NCBI RefSeq assembly: GCF_009914755.1
Contig: NC_060925.1
Length of the DNA: 64,000 bases
From: the human T2T-CHM13v2.0 reference genome, Homo sapiens
Strand: one strand, 5' to 3'
Part shown: in pieces, positions 1 through 18,830 of the stretch
Layout: each line of letters begins with the position of its first letter
How positions within the stretch are numbered: the first letter of the stretch is position 1
Translations under genes and position numbers: made by a program
The notes under the pieces: generated by a model
Told to the model about the DNA's origin: nothing
What the model saw: the letters and a program-made list of their open reading frames with translations, nothing else
Database searches by the model: none

Positions 1-2039
1 GAGTCTGTATACATATTTCCCCTTTTTCCTTCTAATTCTGGTGCCCCAGTGAGGGCTATTAGTTCTGCCAGCCGAGCGCTAGTTCCTGGAGTGAGGGGAT
101 TACTTTCAAGTATTCCATTATCACTGACCACTGCATACCCCACTTTTCAAAGTCCTTTTTCTACAAAGGAATTTCCATCAGTATACAAGTTGAGGTCGGG
201 ATCAGTCAAGGGAACCTCTAGAAGGTCCCCTTGAGTGGCGTATGTTTGAGCAATCACCTGTTGACAGTTATGTTCTATCTTTTCTTCATTGTCTGGAAGA
301 AGTGTGGCTGGGTTAAGAGTTGCACAAGAGAGAAGTTCTCAGCACTGGCCCTTCAAGTAATACAGCCTGATATTTAAGCAAACAGTTGTCTGACAGCCAC
401 AAGTCTTCTTTAGCAGTGAGTATGCTGTTTACATCATTAGATGTCCACACAGTCATATCTCTTCCCTGTATTATTTTACCTGCTTCAGATACTAAGACTG
501 CTACTGCTGCCACTACCTGTAAACAATGAGGCCAACCCTTTGCCACTAAATCAATTTCCTTACTCAGGTATGCCACAGGTTGCAAGCTGTTCCCTTGGAC
601 CTGTGTAAAGACTCCTAGAGCTATTCCTGTTTTTTTCTGTGACATATAAAGAAAAGTCTTGCCCTGTTGGCAAGCTTAACACTGGGGCTTGGGTTAGGGC
701 CTTCTTTAGGGCCTGGAAAGCTGCTTCTGCTTCAGGTGTACATCTTACTAAATGGATATTGGCTTTCTGAGTTTCCTTAATGAGTGCATATAATGGCCTG
801 GCTATTTCGCCGTACCTGGGAATCCATATTCAGCAAAAGGCTGTTATGCCAAGGAACCCTCTTAGTTGCTTTAGGGTTTTGGGATGAGGATAAGCCAGTA
901 TAGGCTGGATACATTCCTCACTGAGGGCCCTGGTGCCTTTGGATAATTTTAGCCCTAAGTATTTCTGCTGTGAGCAGAGCTGAGCCTTTTGTTTGGAAGC
1001 CTTGTAGCCACAGGTGGCAAGGAAATTTAAGAGTGCTTGGGTGGCTTGATGGCACAAGGTTTCTGAACGGGTGGCTAAAAGTAAATCATCCATGTACCAA
1101 AAGATGAGAGTGTTCAGGTATGAAAACTGGCTCAAGTCTTGGGCTAATGCCTGGCCAAATAGATGGGGGCTATCCTTGAACCCTTGGGGTAAAACAGTCC
1201 AGGTGAGTTGAGATGTTGGGTTCGAAGGATCTTCAAAAGCAAACAAGAATTGAGAGTCAGGATGTACAGGGATGCAGAAAAAGGCATCCTTAAGGTCCAA
1301 GACTGTAAACCACTCTGCTTCCTCTGGTATTTGGGAAAGCAGAGTATAAGGGTTAGGTACAGTGGGTATAGAGAGACAACGGCCTCACTGATAATCCTGA
1401 GATCTTGCACTAAACTCCACTGTCTGTTGGGTTTCTGTACTCCTAAAATTGGAGTATTGCAGGGGCTGTTGCACGGTTTTAGTAGGCCTTGGGCTTTTAG
1501 GTCCTTAACAATCTTTTGGAGTCCTTGTTGGGCCTCGGGTCTAAGAGGGTACTGCCTTTGGTAGGGAAAGGAGGTGGAATCCTTTAGTTTAACTTGAACA
1601 GGACAGGCATTCTTTACTCATCCATATTGTCCTTCTGTTGTCCAGACTTCAGGATTAATTCCTTCCTCAAGCAGGGGACAACAAACGGGTGTTCCTTCTC
1701 CTATGTTCAGGTGTACAATGGCCCCTGCTTTTGCTAGAATGTCTCTCCGTAACAAGAGAGTGGTGCTTTCAGGCATAATTAGAAAAGCATGTGAAAAGAG
1801 TAAAGTTCCCCAGTCACACCTTAGTGGCTGGGAGAAGTATCTAGTGACTGGCTGTCCTAGGACCCCTTGGCTAGTGACAGATCTGGAGGACAGTTGTATA
1901 GGACAGGAAAGTAAGATTGAGAAGGCCATGCCAGTGTCCAGGAGACAGTTAACCTCCTGGCCCTCAATGGTCAAGCATACCTGGGGCTCTGTGAGGGTGA
2001 TGGTATGGGCAGGCACTTGCCCCGGGCACCCTCAGTCCT
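1..2039 (-). pseudogene. HERV-W pro-pol remnant (protease, RT, tether/RNase H), disrupted
   Basis: ORF 1618-2016 has the aspartyl protease motif LLDTG; ORF 830-1300 has DLKDAFF/LPQG/YMDD; ORF 313-645 has PVAYLSKEIDLVAKGWPHCL. Frames are broken. Confidence 0.9.
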
Positions 2040-3060
2040 GCTGCTGGATCATCAGGTTAGTGGCTTCTGATTCAAACGACCTTCATTCCTTGGGGCAGTG
2101 GGCCTTCCAATGATTCCCTTGAGATAAGGGGCATGGACAAGGGGGCAGCTCATTTCTATTCGACAATCTTCTTTAAAGTGTCCTTGTAGACTGCACTGGA
2201 AGCAAGCCCTATTAGGCATTCGATTTGCCCAGGCTTTCCACGTTCCAGAGCCTCCAAAGTCAGCTTGGAGGGCCATGACTAAAGCGGTGGCCTTTTTCTT
2301 ATCTCATCTGTCCTGTTCTGCCTGCTCCTCCTGATCTCTATTATAAAAAACCGAGGTTGCCAAGTTCAGTAGGGTTTCTAAGTTTTGCTCCGGGCCTAAA
2401 GCAGACTTTTGAAGTTTTTTTTCTGATGTCTGCAGCTGGCTGAGTGATAAACTTATCTTTTAAGATTAGTTGGCCTTCAATAGAGTCAGGTGACAGAGAG
2501 GTATGCTTCCTCAATGCCTCCCTTAGTCTCTCCAGAAAGGCAGTAGGATTTTCTTCCTTTCCCTGTGTTATAGTAGACATCACTGAAAAATTTATAGGCT
2601 GCTCCCTAGTTTTCCTTAGTCCTTCTGGCACGCAAGTTAGTAAATGTCTGTGGCACTAATATCCATGTTCTGATTCTGCGTCCCAGTGAGGGTCTACACT
2701 GGGAACTGCCTGCTGGCCTGTGGGGAATTGTTCTCTTTCCTCTATTTTCATCCTATCATTGACCTGACTGAGATACCAGAGATCGCCAAACTCTCGGGCT
2801 GCAGTTATTGTGGCACTTCTCTTATTTGGGGTTAGTGTCTGATTTAGCAGTAACATTATATCTCTCCATGTCAGATCAAAGGATTGTCCTAACCCTTGTA
2901 AAACATCAATATAGCCATCACGGTTATCTGAGAATTTACCTAGGTCTATTTTAATTTGCTTCAAGTCTGACAGGGGAAAAGATACATACACTCTGACTGG
3001 GCCGAATTCTCCAGAATACATCTTAGGGGGCATTTTTGCCTTGAGGGAAACGTTTCCCAT
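2040..3060 (-). pseudogene. HERV-W gag remnant (stops and frameshifts; matrix region largely missing)
   Basis: ORFs 2656-3060, 2341-2631 and 2052-2276 give consecutive capsid (QGKEENPTAFLERLREAL) and nucleocapsid CCHC pieces in different frames. Confidence 0.88.
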
Positions 3061-3973
3061 CTGGAAAAAGACAGAGAGATGCCAGCACCCCTAGTCATTT
3101 TCCAATGAGCATTAGTCATAGAGTGTCCTCTATGGTCCTAATGCTTATTCCTTTCCAGGGTGCGTAACCATCCATGGACCTCTGCTTATCGGATTAGTTA
3201 TGCTCACCAATGTAGCAGTCGTGCACCTGTTTTCCCACCTTTCTTGACCACAGATAAAGGGGTCCGGGCTGCTGGATTCTAGTGGTCCTTTACCAGTGTG
3301 CACAACATTGCCTTTGCGCTCAGAGGTGAGTTCTAGAGCTGGGCTGAGTTCCTGAGTATTTCATAACAACCTAGCTGCCCCATCAAGATGCATTCCCATA
3401 AACAATAGTTCTTATGCAAATTCACTTCAGAGAGGGTGTAGGTAACATTTTGAGTCAAGATTGAGATAGACTCTTTTCGATTCTGTAAGTACTTTAAGGT
3501 TTGGCTGAGTGCAAACAGCTCTTGTTTGAGCAGACCAATTATTAGGCAATTTTCCTAACTCTGCTTCCACAAGAGTCTCCCTATCAATTACTGAATACCC
3601 GTTGTGGTTTTTTTTCCCTCAATCACCCGGGAGGAACCATCTATCATCCTGTTCTGAAGGGAGTTCCTACTAGGTCTGGTTGGACCTTTGTATGGTAATG
3701 AAGATTTAAATCCCCTGTTAGAAAATCTGCTGGGTTAAGGGAATTTTCAGTGGTTAATGTTAAATCACCTTTTTCTAACAAAATAGCCCCATACTTTAAG
3801 ATTTTTGAGTTAGTAAGCTACCTTTTTGCTTTTTTGACTTAGAATAATTCTAAACTGGTGAGGTGTGCTCACAATGAGGTTTCCTCAAAAATTACTTTTC
3901 TACTTTCTTCTGTTAACAAAGCAGTTGCTGCTACAGATTGAATGCATTTGGGCCATCCGTGGAATCCTGGTGT

Positions 3974-4286
3974 AATACAGTGAAAACAGAGCTCCCATAC
4001 AATGGGAGGGGACCCACACGGGGCTGCCATTGCCTGCTTGAATGCCTGGGTTTATATCCCAATCATTGTCCCTCCCCCTGTGCTCTCAGGCATTTGATGA
4101 TTGGCTATTTCTTTACCTCCTGCTTTTGCCTAATTAGTAGCATTTTAGTGAGCTCTCTTTACTACCTGATTGGTCGGGTGTGAGCTAAGTTGAAAGCCCC
4201 ATGTTTAAAGGTGGATGCAGTCACCTTCCCAGCTAGACTTAGGGATTCTTAGTCGGCCTTGGAAATCCAGCTAGTCCTGTCTCTCA
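3974..4286 (-). promoter_or_regulatory. Truncated 5' LTR17 (U3 and part of R only) with CCAAT boxes and TATA
   Basis: On the minus strand: CCAATCA motifs (~4170 and ~4100) and GGGATATAAA (4051-4060). LTR similarity stops at ~3974, where the sequence joins internal pre-gag sequence. Confidence 0.8.
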
Positions 4287-8281
<3,995 letters not shown>

Positions 8282-8614
8282 GAACATATTCAAAGTATTA
8301 TCCAAGTTACTGTAAAGGACAGAGTCATGCAATTTTCCTGTGGGCCAGCATCATTTGGTCAATCCAATCGGGTGTTAAACTAGCTGAAAACCCTCAACTT
8401 GTACCATCATCGAACCCACATTTTTCCTAGCTTATCCACAAAAATATTATAAGATGTCATTTCAGCATTTTGTTGGTTTATCAGAGCAGATAAGACATCT
8501 GTTTAATAATCTGTAATTAGTGTAACTTGCCTTACCAGTCTGGGATTCAAATAAGATTCTCATTATTTCTTATTTTCCAGATTAATCTCCTGAATCCCCA
8601 CATGCCCAAATCAA

Positions 8615-9010
8615 TTTGTTACCAGGCTGCTGTAACGAAGTACCACAAATCGGTGGCTGAAAACAACAGAAATTTAATGTCTTGCAGTTCAGGGGGCCGT
8701 AAGTCTGAAATCAAGGTGCTGGCAGGGTTGGCTCCTTCTGGCTGGTAAACCTTGGCATTCCTTGACTTGCAGGTGCATCACTCCAATCTCTATCTCCAAG
8801 GTCACCTGGACTTCCCATATGAATCTCTGTGTCCTCTCCTCTTCTTATATGGATACCAGTCACATCACATTTAGGGCCCACCCAAAACAAACAGACCCTC
8901 ATCTTAACTGATTACATCTACAAAGACCCTACTTCCAAATAAGGTCATGTTCTCAGGTTCCAGGTAGATATGAATTTGGGGTGGTGGGGGTTGCTATTCA
9001 GCCCAGTACA
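8615..9010 (-). mobile_element. MaLR LTR (MLT1-type)
   Basis: GCTGCTGTAACGAAGTACCACAAA...AAATCAAGGTGCTGGCAGGGTTGG...CATCTTAACTGATTACATCTACAAAGACCCTACTTCCAAATAAGGTCA is typical MLT1 reverse-strand text. Confidence 0.8.
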
Positions 9011-9157
9011 CCAAGTAAGTGTCAACCTAAAAGGAAGAAGCTGAGGCAAAATTAATGTAAGGAGTTTATTTGGGCCAAGCTTGAGAATTGCAACCAGGCA
9101 GCATAGATTCAAGTTGTCCTGAACACACACTCTGATCAGCAGCAGTTACAAGTAGAC

Positions 9158-9448
9158 TTTTTTTTTGAGACCGAATCTCATTCTGTCACCTGGCTGGAGT
9201 GCAGTGGTGTGATCTCGGCTCACTGCAACCTCTGCCTCCTGGGTTCAAGTCATTCTCCTGACTCAGCCTCCTGAGTAGCTGGGATTACAGGCGCCCGCCA
9301 CTATGCCCAGCTAATTTCTTTTGTATTTTTAGTACAGAGGGCGTTTTACCACATTGGTCAGGCTGGTCTTGAACTTCTGATCTCGTGATTCGCCTGCCTC
9401 AGCTTCCCGAAGTGCTGGGATTACAGGCATGAGACACCGCGCCTGGCC
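9158..9448 (-). mobile_element. AluS
   Basis: Full Alu in reverse orientation; TSD ACAAGTAGAC/ACAAGTGGAT. Confidence 0.95.
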
Positions 9449-9544
9449 ACAAGTGGATTTTTAAAGGCAGAAAGTGGGGACAGGGAGTAGGCTGATACAA
9501 AGTTGTTTGTCAGGATTTCTCATTGGTTTACGAAAGTAACATTG

Positions 9545-10003
<459 letters not shown>

Positions 10004-10232
10004 TTAATATCTCTCTGGGACTGATGATTTAAAAGGACTCACATTCCTCAACTATAAGTTCTTTTCTTTCCTCATGAGCAAAACCCTCTCTCTCCCTGCT
10101 GCCTGTGCATTGTTGTAGTTTATGCAGTGTTTGGCTGAAGGAACCCAGGCTCTCTCTGATGCTGCCATCTCTATCACTGTTGAAACTAGAATTCCCCCAC
10201 TCCCACCCCAGCTCCTGATGCACTGCTGCTAA

Positions 10233-10760
10233 TGTCACAGGGTGAACCCCAAAATTAAGGTTCAGCCTGGGAGGCCATGTGAGTTCTTGGCTTTGCACAA
10301 GAGGGAATTCAAGAGCAAGCAAGCAAAGTGAAAGCAAGTTTATTAAGAAAGTAAAAGAATAAAAGGGGGGCTACTCCACAGGCAGAGCAGCCCTCATGGG
10401 CTGCTGGCTGGCTATACTTATGGTTATTTCTTGATTACATGCTAAATATGGGGTGGATTATTTATGAGTTTTCTAGGAAAGGGGTGGAGATTTCCCGGAA
10501 CCAAAGGTTCCTCCTCTTTTTAGACCATATACGGTAGTGCAGTGGTTGCCATGGTATTTGTAAACTGTTGTGGTGCTGATGGGAGTGTCTTGTGGCATGC
10601 TAATGTATTATAATTAGTGTATAATGAGCAGTGAGGACCATCAGAGGTCACTTTTGTTGCCATCTTGGTTTTGGCTGGCTTCTTTACCACATCCTATTTT
10701 ATCAGCAGGGGTCTCTGTGACCAGTATCTTGTAAACCAGTCCTGCCAAAGTCCTATCACA
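10233..10760 (-). mobile_element. MER41-family ERV1 solo LTR with tandem GAS sites
   Basis: Matches MER41 text (GCAAGTTTATTAAGAAAGTAAA, GGCTACTCCACAGGCAGAGCAGCC, GCATGCTAATGTATTATAATTAG, GCCATCTTGGTTTTGG). TG...CA ends; flanks CTAA/CAAA. Confidence 0.85.
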
Positions 10761-12359
10761 CAAATAGTCCAGCTCCTGACGCGAGCTGCATTGAGTCCTC
10801 CTGCAGTGTCATGCTTAGACAAGAGTGTACCACATGTGGGCTGCTACACACAGACACCCCTCTGGTGAAGCAGCTGGGCTTTCTGGGTGTGTCAGCCTCA
10901 GCCATGCACCATGCCAGAGGACAATCAAGCCATCGTTTCACACCTCCTCTTCCACTTGGGTGGGTGCAGTGGGTGTGAGCGGTGGTTCTTGGTCATTTCA
11001 GGTGGAACCCATCCATGGATTCAGGTACGATCATTTCAGCCCATCAGAGTTACCTTTTGCCTCAAATAAGAAGGGAGTGGTTCAGATCCGTCTTCTCCCA
11101 GAAGGCTCCTTGTGCTCCTGTATACATTTGTCCAAATGCTTCAGCAACCAGCTCTTCATACCAAGAAATATAGAGAACAGCCTTTGTCAAGCCACACAGT
11201 AGGGAAAAAATGTCCAGTTATATCCTCTTCTCAGGATGATGGGTGCCTAGCTGCCCACATTTACGTAACTGAAGGAGACCATTCACACGATTGTTCTAAG
11301 AACAAAGACTTCCTCTAAGAAGATTGGCTGCCTCCTCTTGCTAGCTGGCAACTTTTAAGTGGCAGTTCATTGAGGCAGAAAGATGTAAAATTCCACTTTC
11401 TAGGCACTCCATTACAAATCTAGTTCACACTTGTACCATGAATTAATGTTGTTTGGAAGTCAGAGGTCGTTAAATTTACCCCATTTAGACATTCCTCCGT
11501 TTTGAAAACTGACAAACATTTCACACTTCCCTGGCTGTTGGCTCCTTTCCCAAATTTCTCAGAAATCACGGACAGTAGTTCTGCAATCACATCCCCGAGT
11601 TCCGAGGAGATTCCTCTAAAACCAGAACTCGAATGTGGCCAGATGCTTCCACCACCTCCTCATGGCTGCGCTCCACGTTCTTCTGGAATTTGCCTTTACA
11701 CTTTCCGGTTTGAGAATTACTCTTCTTGAGGGAGAAAAACATTATGCATGAAAAAATTTGTCCCCTCCACTAAGTGTGGGGCCTGGATCTTCCCCATTGT
11801 TTTTCTTGCTTCAGATACTTTTCTAAAACAGGGTTTCTGGTTTCTGTCATTTGTTTAAGCCTCAGCTCATTTTACGTGTTAGTATTCCTGACCCCAGTCT
11901 TGTGGGCTGGTGCTGCTTTGGGCATTTGTTTTCGGCCCTCTGCCCCTTCCCACTGCTATACCTGCTCTTTGAAATTCTGAACTCACCGTGTATTTGAGGT
12001 GGTTCTTTAGATGACTGCTCTGGGCCCAGTTCGCCTTCCTTCTCAATGAGGTTATTAATTATTCCTTGGTCTGTTTGTGGAGCCCCTACTACATGTTGGG
12101 TACAGCACTAGGAACTACTGATATACCAGGGAACAAAAGCAGATATGGTGCTTGCTCTTACAAACTCAAAGAAAGGGGCACTGTTCAAATAATTACATAA
12201 ATAAATATAAAATTACAGCTCAATAACTGTGAAGAGGCACATAGCGAAGAGTTTATAAGGAGCCTTTTTTCTTTCTTAAATCTAGTTAAAGATGCAAGAA
12301 AGGGATCACTGAGATCTAAAAGATGAGTGGGAAGGATTGACTGAGGTCAAAAAGGAAGG

Positions 12360-12780
12360 AAACAACTCAATTTAGAAATGAGCAAAAGATCTGAACAGGC
12401 ACCTCACCAAAGTAGATAGATGGCAAGTAAGCATATGAGCAGGTGCCCAACATCATAGTCACTAGGAAATTAAAGATCAAGGGATTTTTAGGGTAGTGAA
12501 ACAGTAAGGGTGGGTATCTATCATTATACATTTGTGTAAACCCATTGAATGTACAACACAAAGAATGAATCATAATGTAAGCTATGGCCTTTGGGTGATA
12601 ATGATGCATCTACGTTGGTTCATCAGTTGTAGCAAATGTCCCACACTATTTCGGGATATTGAGGGTGGAGGAGGCTGTGTGTGTATGGGGATGGGGGTGG
12701 GGGTGGGACAGGGTATATGGGAACTCTTTGTGCTTTCCACTCAATTTTGCTATAAACCTGAAACTACTGTAAAAAAAAAA
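12360..12780 (+). mobile_element. Old L1M (L1MC/MD-like) 3' fragment inside an L2 relic (~12050-13300)
   Basis: AAAAGATCTGAACAGGCACCTCACCAAAG and ACCCATTGAATGTACAACACAAAGAATGAA...TGTAAGCTATGG motifs, ending in an A-tail. Confidence 0.65.
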
Positions 12781-14006
12781 ATAGCCTATTGATTTTAAAA
12801 AGGGTTGGGGTACAGACAGGGGGAAGAGAAGGAGCTTTCCAGGAAGAGACTCGCACATGCAAAAGCCCTGTGGCACAGGAAAATTTGGTGATTGGGACTA
12901 AAGGAAGGCCATTATGGGTAGAGTAAAGAGAGTAAGACGGAGCTTGATGAAGCTAGAGAAACAGGTGATGCCCAGACTCAGCAGGGTCTGGTAGGCTGTT
13001 AAAACTGTTTTTCTTTATCCTGGAGGTGCTAGAAAGCCAGTGAGTGGTTCTAAGGGTGGGAGGTAGGATAGGGATGATGGGATTGCAATCAGATTTATAT
13101 TTCAAAATAATCACTGTGGGTATAGTGTGGAGGGTGGAGAATGCCTTGAACTCTAAAAGGTGCCAGAGTTGATATGGGGAGACCAGTTGGGAGCCCAGGT
13201 GAAAAATAAAGGTAGTCTGAAGGAGAGTGGATGATGCGGGAATGGGAAGAAGCAGCAAGACAAACTTAGGATTTAAACTGGACAGAATTTAAAGGGGGAT
13301 GAAAAAGAAAACAAGGAAGAAGGTGGGGCCCAGCATGTTTCCTTGGTTCATTTGTGACTACATAATGAACATATTACTTCTTAGAAATTTCTGTCCCTCT
13401 TTAGCCATATTCTCCTTCAATATTTTTGACTCATGCAAATTTCCCAACTTGTTGAAATCTGCTCTCCTTGAGTGAGATGAACAGGTCCCTTCTGCACCAT
13501 AAAGAGCTCCACAAAGCCATTACTTTCTCCCAAGCTCTAGTCACTTGTGCATCATAAACCAATATTGACATATGTTTTTAACATTAGATCCAACAAAGGA
13601 GTTCTTCTTATTTCTTCTACTTTTGGATAGTTGAGCTCATAAAGCAAATTAAACATTCTTGTGTTGTCTGCAGGATGAGTGATGGCCACGGTTATATACG
13701 AGCTTACCATGTACCAGGCACTGTTTTGAGCACATCATTAGCTCATTGAATTCTCCCAAGAACCCAATGAAGTAATACAATTATCATCCTCATTTTAGGG
13801 GGAAACAGACACAAAGGGGTTACATAACTTCATTATGTTCACACAGCCAGGATTTGAACTCTGGCTCTGGAGTCCATGCTCTTAGCCATTATTCTAATCA
13901 CCCCCTCAAACATGGTCTTTCTGAAGGATTTTTCAAGCCAGTTCTGAAGAGAGAAATCTTTTTGCCTCTGGGGTCTCAAAAATGGAGGATAGAAATCTGC
14001 AGGTGT

Positions 14007-14451
<445 letters not shown>

Positions 14452-14464
14452 TTAAATGGCTGTG

Positions 14465-14778
14465 GGCCAGGCACAGTGGCTCACGCCTGTAATCCAACAC
14501 TTTGGGAGGCCAAGGCAGGCGGATCAGTTGAGCTCAGGAGTTCAAGACCAGCCTGGGCAACATGGTGAAACCCTGTCTCTTTAAAAAAGGAACATAAAAA
14601 TACAAAAGTTAGCCAGGCATAGTGGTGTACCCCTGTAGTCCCAGCTACTCAGGGGGCTGAGGTGGGAGGATTGCTTGAGCCCAGGAGATGGAGGTTACAG
14701 TGAGCTGAGATTACACCACCGCACTCCAGCCTGAACAACAGAGTGAGACCCTGTCTCAATCAATCAATCAATCAATCA
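14465..14778 (+). mobile_element. AluJ with (TCAA)n tail
   Basis: AluJ diagnostics (GGATTGCTTGAGCCCAGGAG, CTGGGCAACATGG). Confidence 0.9.
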
Positions 14779-15559
14779 GCCACAGAAGACCATGATGGCC
14801 AAGAAATAAAAAACAGCCAATGCCAGCAACTCTCAAGGACTGTTGGCCATTTTCCTAACAGTCAGAAGGTGAATGTCAATCTACTGGGAGGCATGAGAAA
14901 ACACAGGATGGACACTTGACTCCTAAAACATAGGCCTAAAAGCCAGGTGACTGGAAGAACTTAAAGAAGACCAAGGCAGGTTCACACCTTGGCTGTGGTT
15001 CTTAATGGAGTATGTATGTAAGGTCTCCAAGGAAATGGAGGCCTTAACTCCTGACACAAGACTTACAGAATCTCTTGGAGTGGGGTTGATCCTAGGCATC
15101 TGTAGTTCTTAAAAGCTTCTTAGGTGATCCTGATAGGGGTCCTTGGTTAAGGTCTCCAGCTGATGCTTGTAAGAGATCTCCTGGGGAAGTATTTACCGGG
15201 TGCATAAGAGAGAAAAATAAAATCCCAACACAAAAGTCTACTTGAGGGTCCTGGAATTAATAGGACCTTGAAGAAGCTTGGGCCAGAGGCCTTGACTTAT
15301 CTATCTGGACTCCAGGTGGGTTAACTGTGTTCCATGAGGCAGAAGTAGCCTGGCCCCATCTTGAGACAGACCAGAGAATGTGACTAGGAAAAGTGGCTCT
15401 CCCCTTAAGGAAGGCCTGGGTCTCACATGAAACTCAGGCACCTCAAAACTTCCCTTTACCAGGAGTGTGGAATTTGACCACACACATTCAGGGGCTGAAC
15501 TGCAACTTCTGAACCAAGTATGGGTATTATTGGAATGAGCTAGATGGTTTGAGGAATAA

Positions 15560-15944
<385 letters not shown>

Positions 15945-16376
15945 AGAATTTATTTTATCTAATAATGAAAACCCTTTCCTGTCCCTTTCCTTCTCATAGA
16001 ACTGTCAGGAAAAAAATGAAAGGAGAAGACTTTGTAAGGGACTGGCAGTTCCACAGTAAATGCAATAAAACTATTTACGAAGAAAAGATAAACATGGGAT
16101 TTGAGATCATGTTTGTCTCAAATAGAAACAGTGTGGAGGGGTTGTGTATGTGAGGGATGTGGAATAGGAGTGATGGTAAGGTTAGTGATGCTTTTGTTCA
16201 GAGTGTTAGCTTTGTGGGTACTCATTGCATTATCAAAATAACTAGCCAACTACTAACCAAATCAATAAATGGAAGTAGCCATGCCTGGACTAATGATAGT
16301 GGTGTGTAACGAAACAAGGATGATAATGAACACTATTCTGTGTACCTAAGGGCCAATTTAGAAATAAATAAAGAGT

Positions 16377-16583
16377 CAGCCTGGGCAACATAGTGAGACC
16401 CTGTCTCTACAAAAAAAATTGTTTTAATTAGTCAGGGGTAAGTGGCACATACCTGTAGTCCTAGCTACTTAGGAGGCTGAAGCAAGAGGATTGCTTGAGC
16501 CCAGGAGCTCAAGGCTGCAGTGAGCTACGATTGGGCCACTGCATTCCAGCCTGGGTGACAGAGTGAGATCGTATATCAAAAAA
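16377..16583 (+). mobile_element. 5'-truncated AluJ
   Basis: Starts at CAGCCTGGGCAACATAGTGAGACC; AluJ right arm follows. Confidence 0.88.
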
Positions 16584-16663
16584 TGAAATTAAGAAGTACA
16601 TATAGAGAAAAAAATTATCTACAAAAATCCCACCACATTTTCCTTTCCAGATATTTTTGTAAA

Positions 16664-17008
<345 letters not shown>

Positions 17009-17489
17009 TAGCTATGATTATTTTGTATTCATTTCTTAAAAGAAACTATTACATTTTATTTTTTAGAGTTGCTTTAGGTTCACAACAAATTGGTAGGTAT
17101 AGATATACTCCTCTTTTTACTTAACATTAGGGCATATACACATTTTCATTTCATCAAAAGCTTCTCATAAACATACTTTTTAAACTGTCAACATAATATT
17201 TCCTTATATGAATATAATATGGTTAATTTAGCCTTACTGCCACTGGACATTAAGGTTGTTTCAAATTTTTTGTGATATAAGTAAAGTGGTGATGAACACT
17301 TTGGTGCATAACTCACCCTCCCCCATGCATTTAGCATTTTTTTAGGACAGATTATTAGAATTGTTGGCTAAGTACATATGAACATTTTAAGGCCTATTTT
17401 ACCAAACAGCTAATTTGCTTTCCAGAAATTTTATGAAATTTTACAACTTTACCAAAAGAATTTGAGAGGATGTACTCACTGTACTCTTA

Positions 17490-18366
<877 letters not shown>

Positions 18367-18424
18367 TAAAATTTTTGGGTAGAACAATTCTACTGTTCTG
18401 TTCTGTCACATTTTATTGTTTAGA

Positions 18425-18830
18425 AAATACCCTTCTTCTGGGAAATGCTCCTTCACCTCCTTTTAAACATGTGGTCCAAAATAGAGCTGAATAACTGAGC
18501 CAAACTAAGCCATTCAGAGTCTGTCTTAGTGATTTAAAATGTTATGATTAGAGAAAACAAGCCTCATCCTTCTCTGTTGGTGAGTCACAGCAGCCGCCAG
18601 AGGCATTCTCCTGCCATCTGCACCAACCCTCTGTGAGAGAATGACACTGATGTGCAGAGAGAACAAGGATGAGGAGTGGAGAGAGTCTCTGTGATCACCT
18701 TTGGTCACTGGAGCCAGTTGCACTCTGCTCTTCTCCCAGCCACATGATCCTTCCAACAAATGTTTCTTTGGCCAAAATTAGTTTGAGCTGTGTTTCTGTC
18801 ACTTACTACTTAATGAGTCTTAGTGCAGAA
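18425..18830 (+). mobile_element. Ancient MaLR LTR (MLT1J/K-like), degenerate
   Basis: The 3' end AGTTTGAGCTGTGTTTCTGTCACTTACTAC...GAGTCTTAGTGCAGA resembles old MLT1 ends. Confidence 0.5.

Larger units (their letters stand above)
1..4286 (-). mobile_element. HERV-W (LTR17/HERV17) defective provirus, 5' portion (partial 5' LTR, pre-gag, gag, pro, pol); continues beyond window start
   Basis: Minus strand begins TGAGAGACAGGACTAGCTGGATTTCC at 4286 (LTR17 start). Fragmented ORFs encode HERV-W-type Gag (MGNV..., DLKQIKIDLGKFSDN, CCHC knuckle CFQCSLQGHFKEDC), protease (LLDTG) and RT (LPQGFKDSP, YMDD). Confidence 0.93.

Noticed and set aside
830-1300. Reverse transcriptase ORF as part of a novel retroelement or defence system
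   Set aside because: Ordinary degraded HERV-W pol in gag-pro-pol order.
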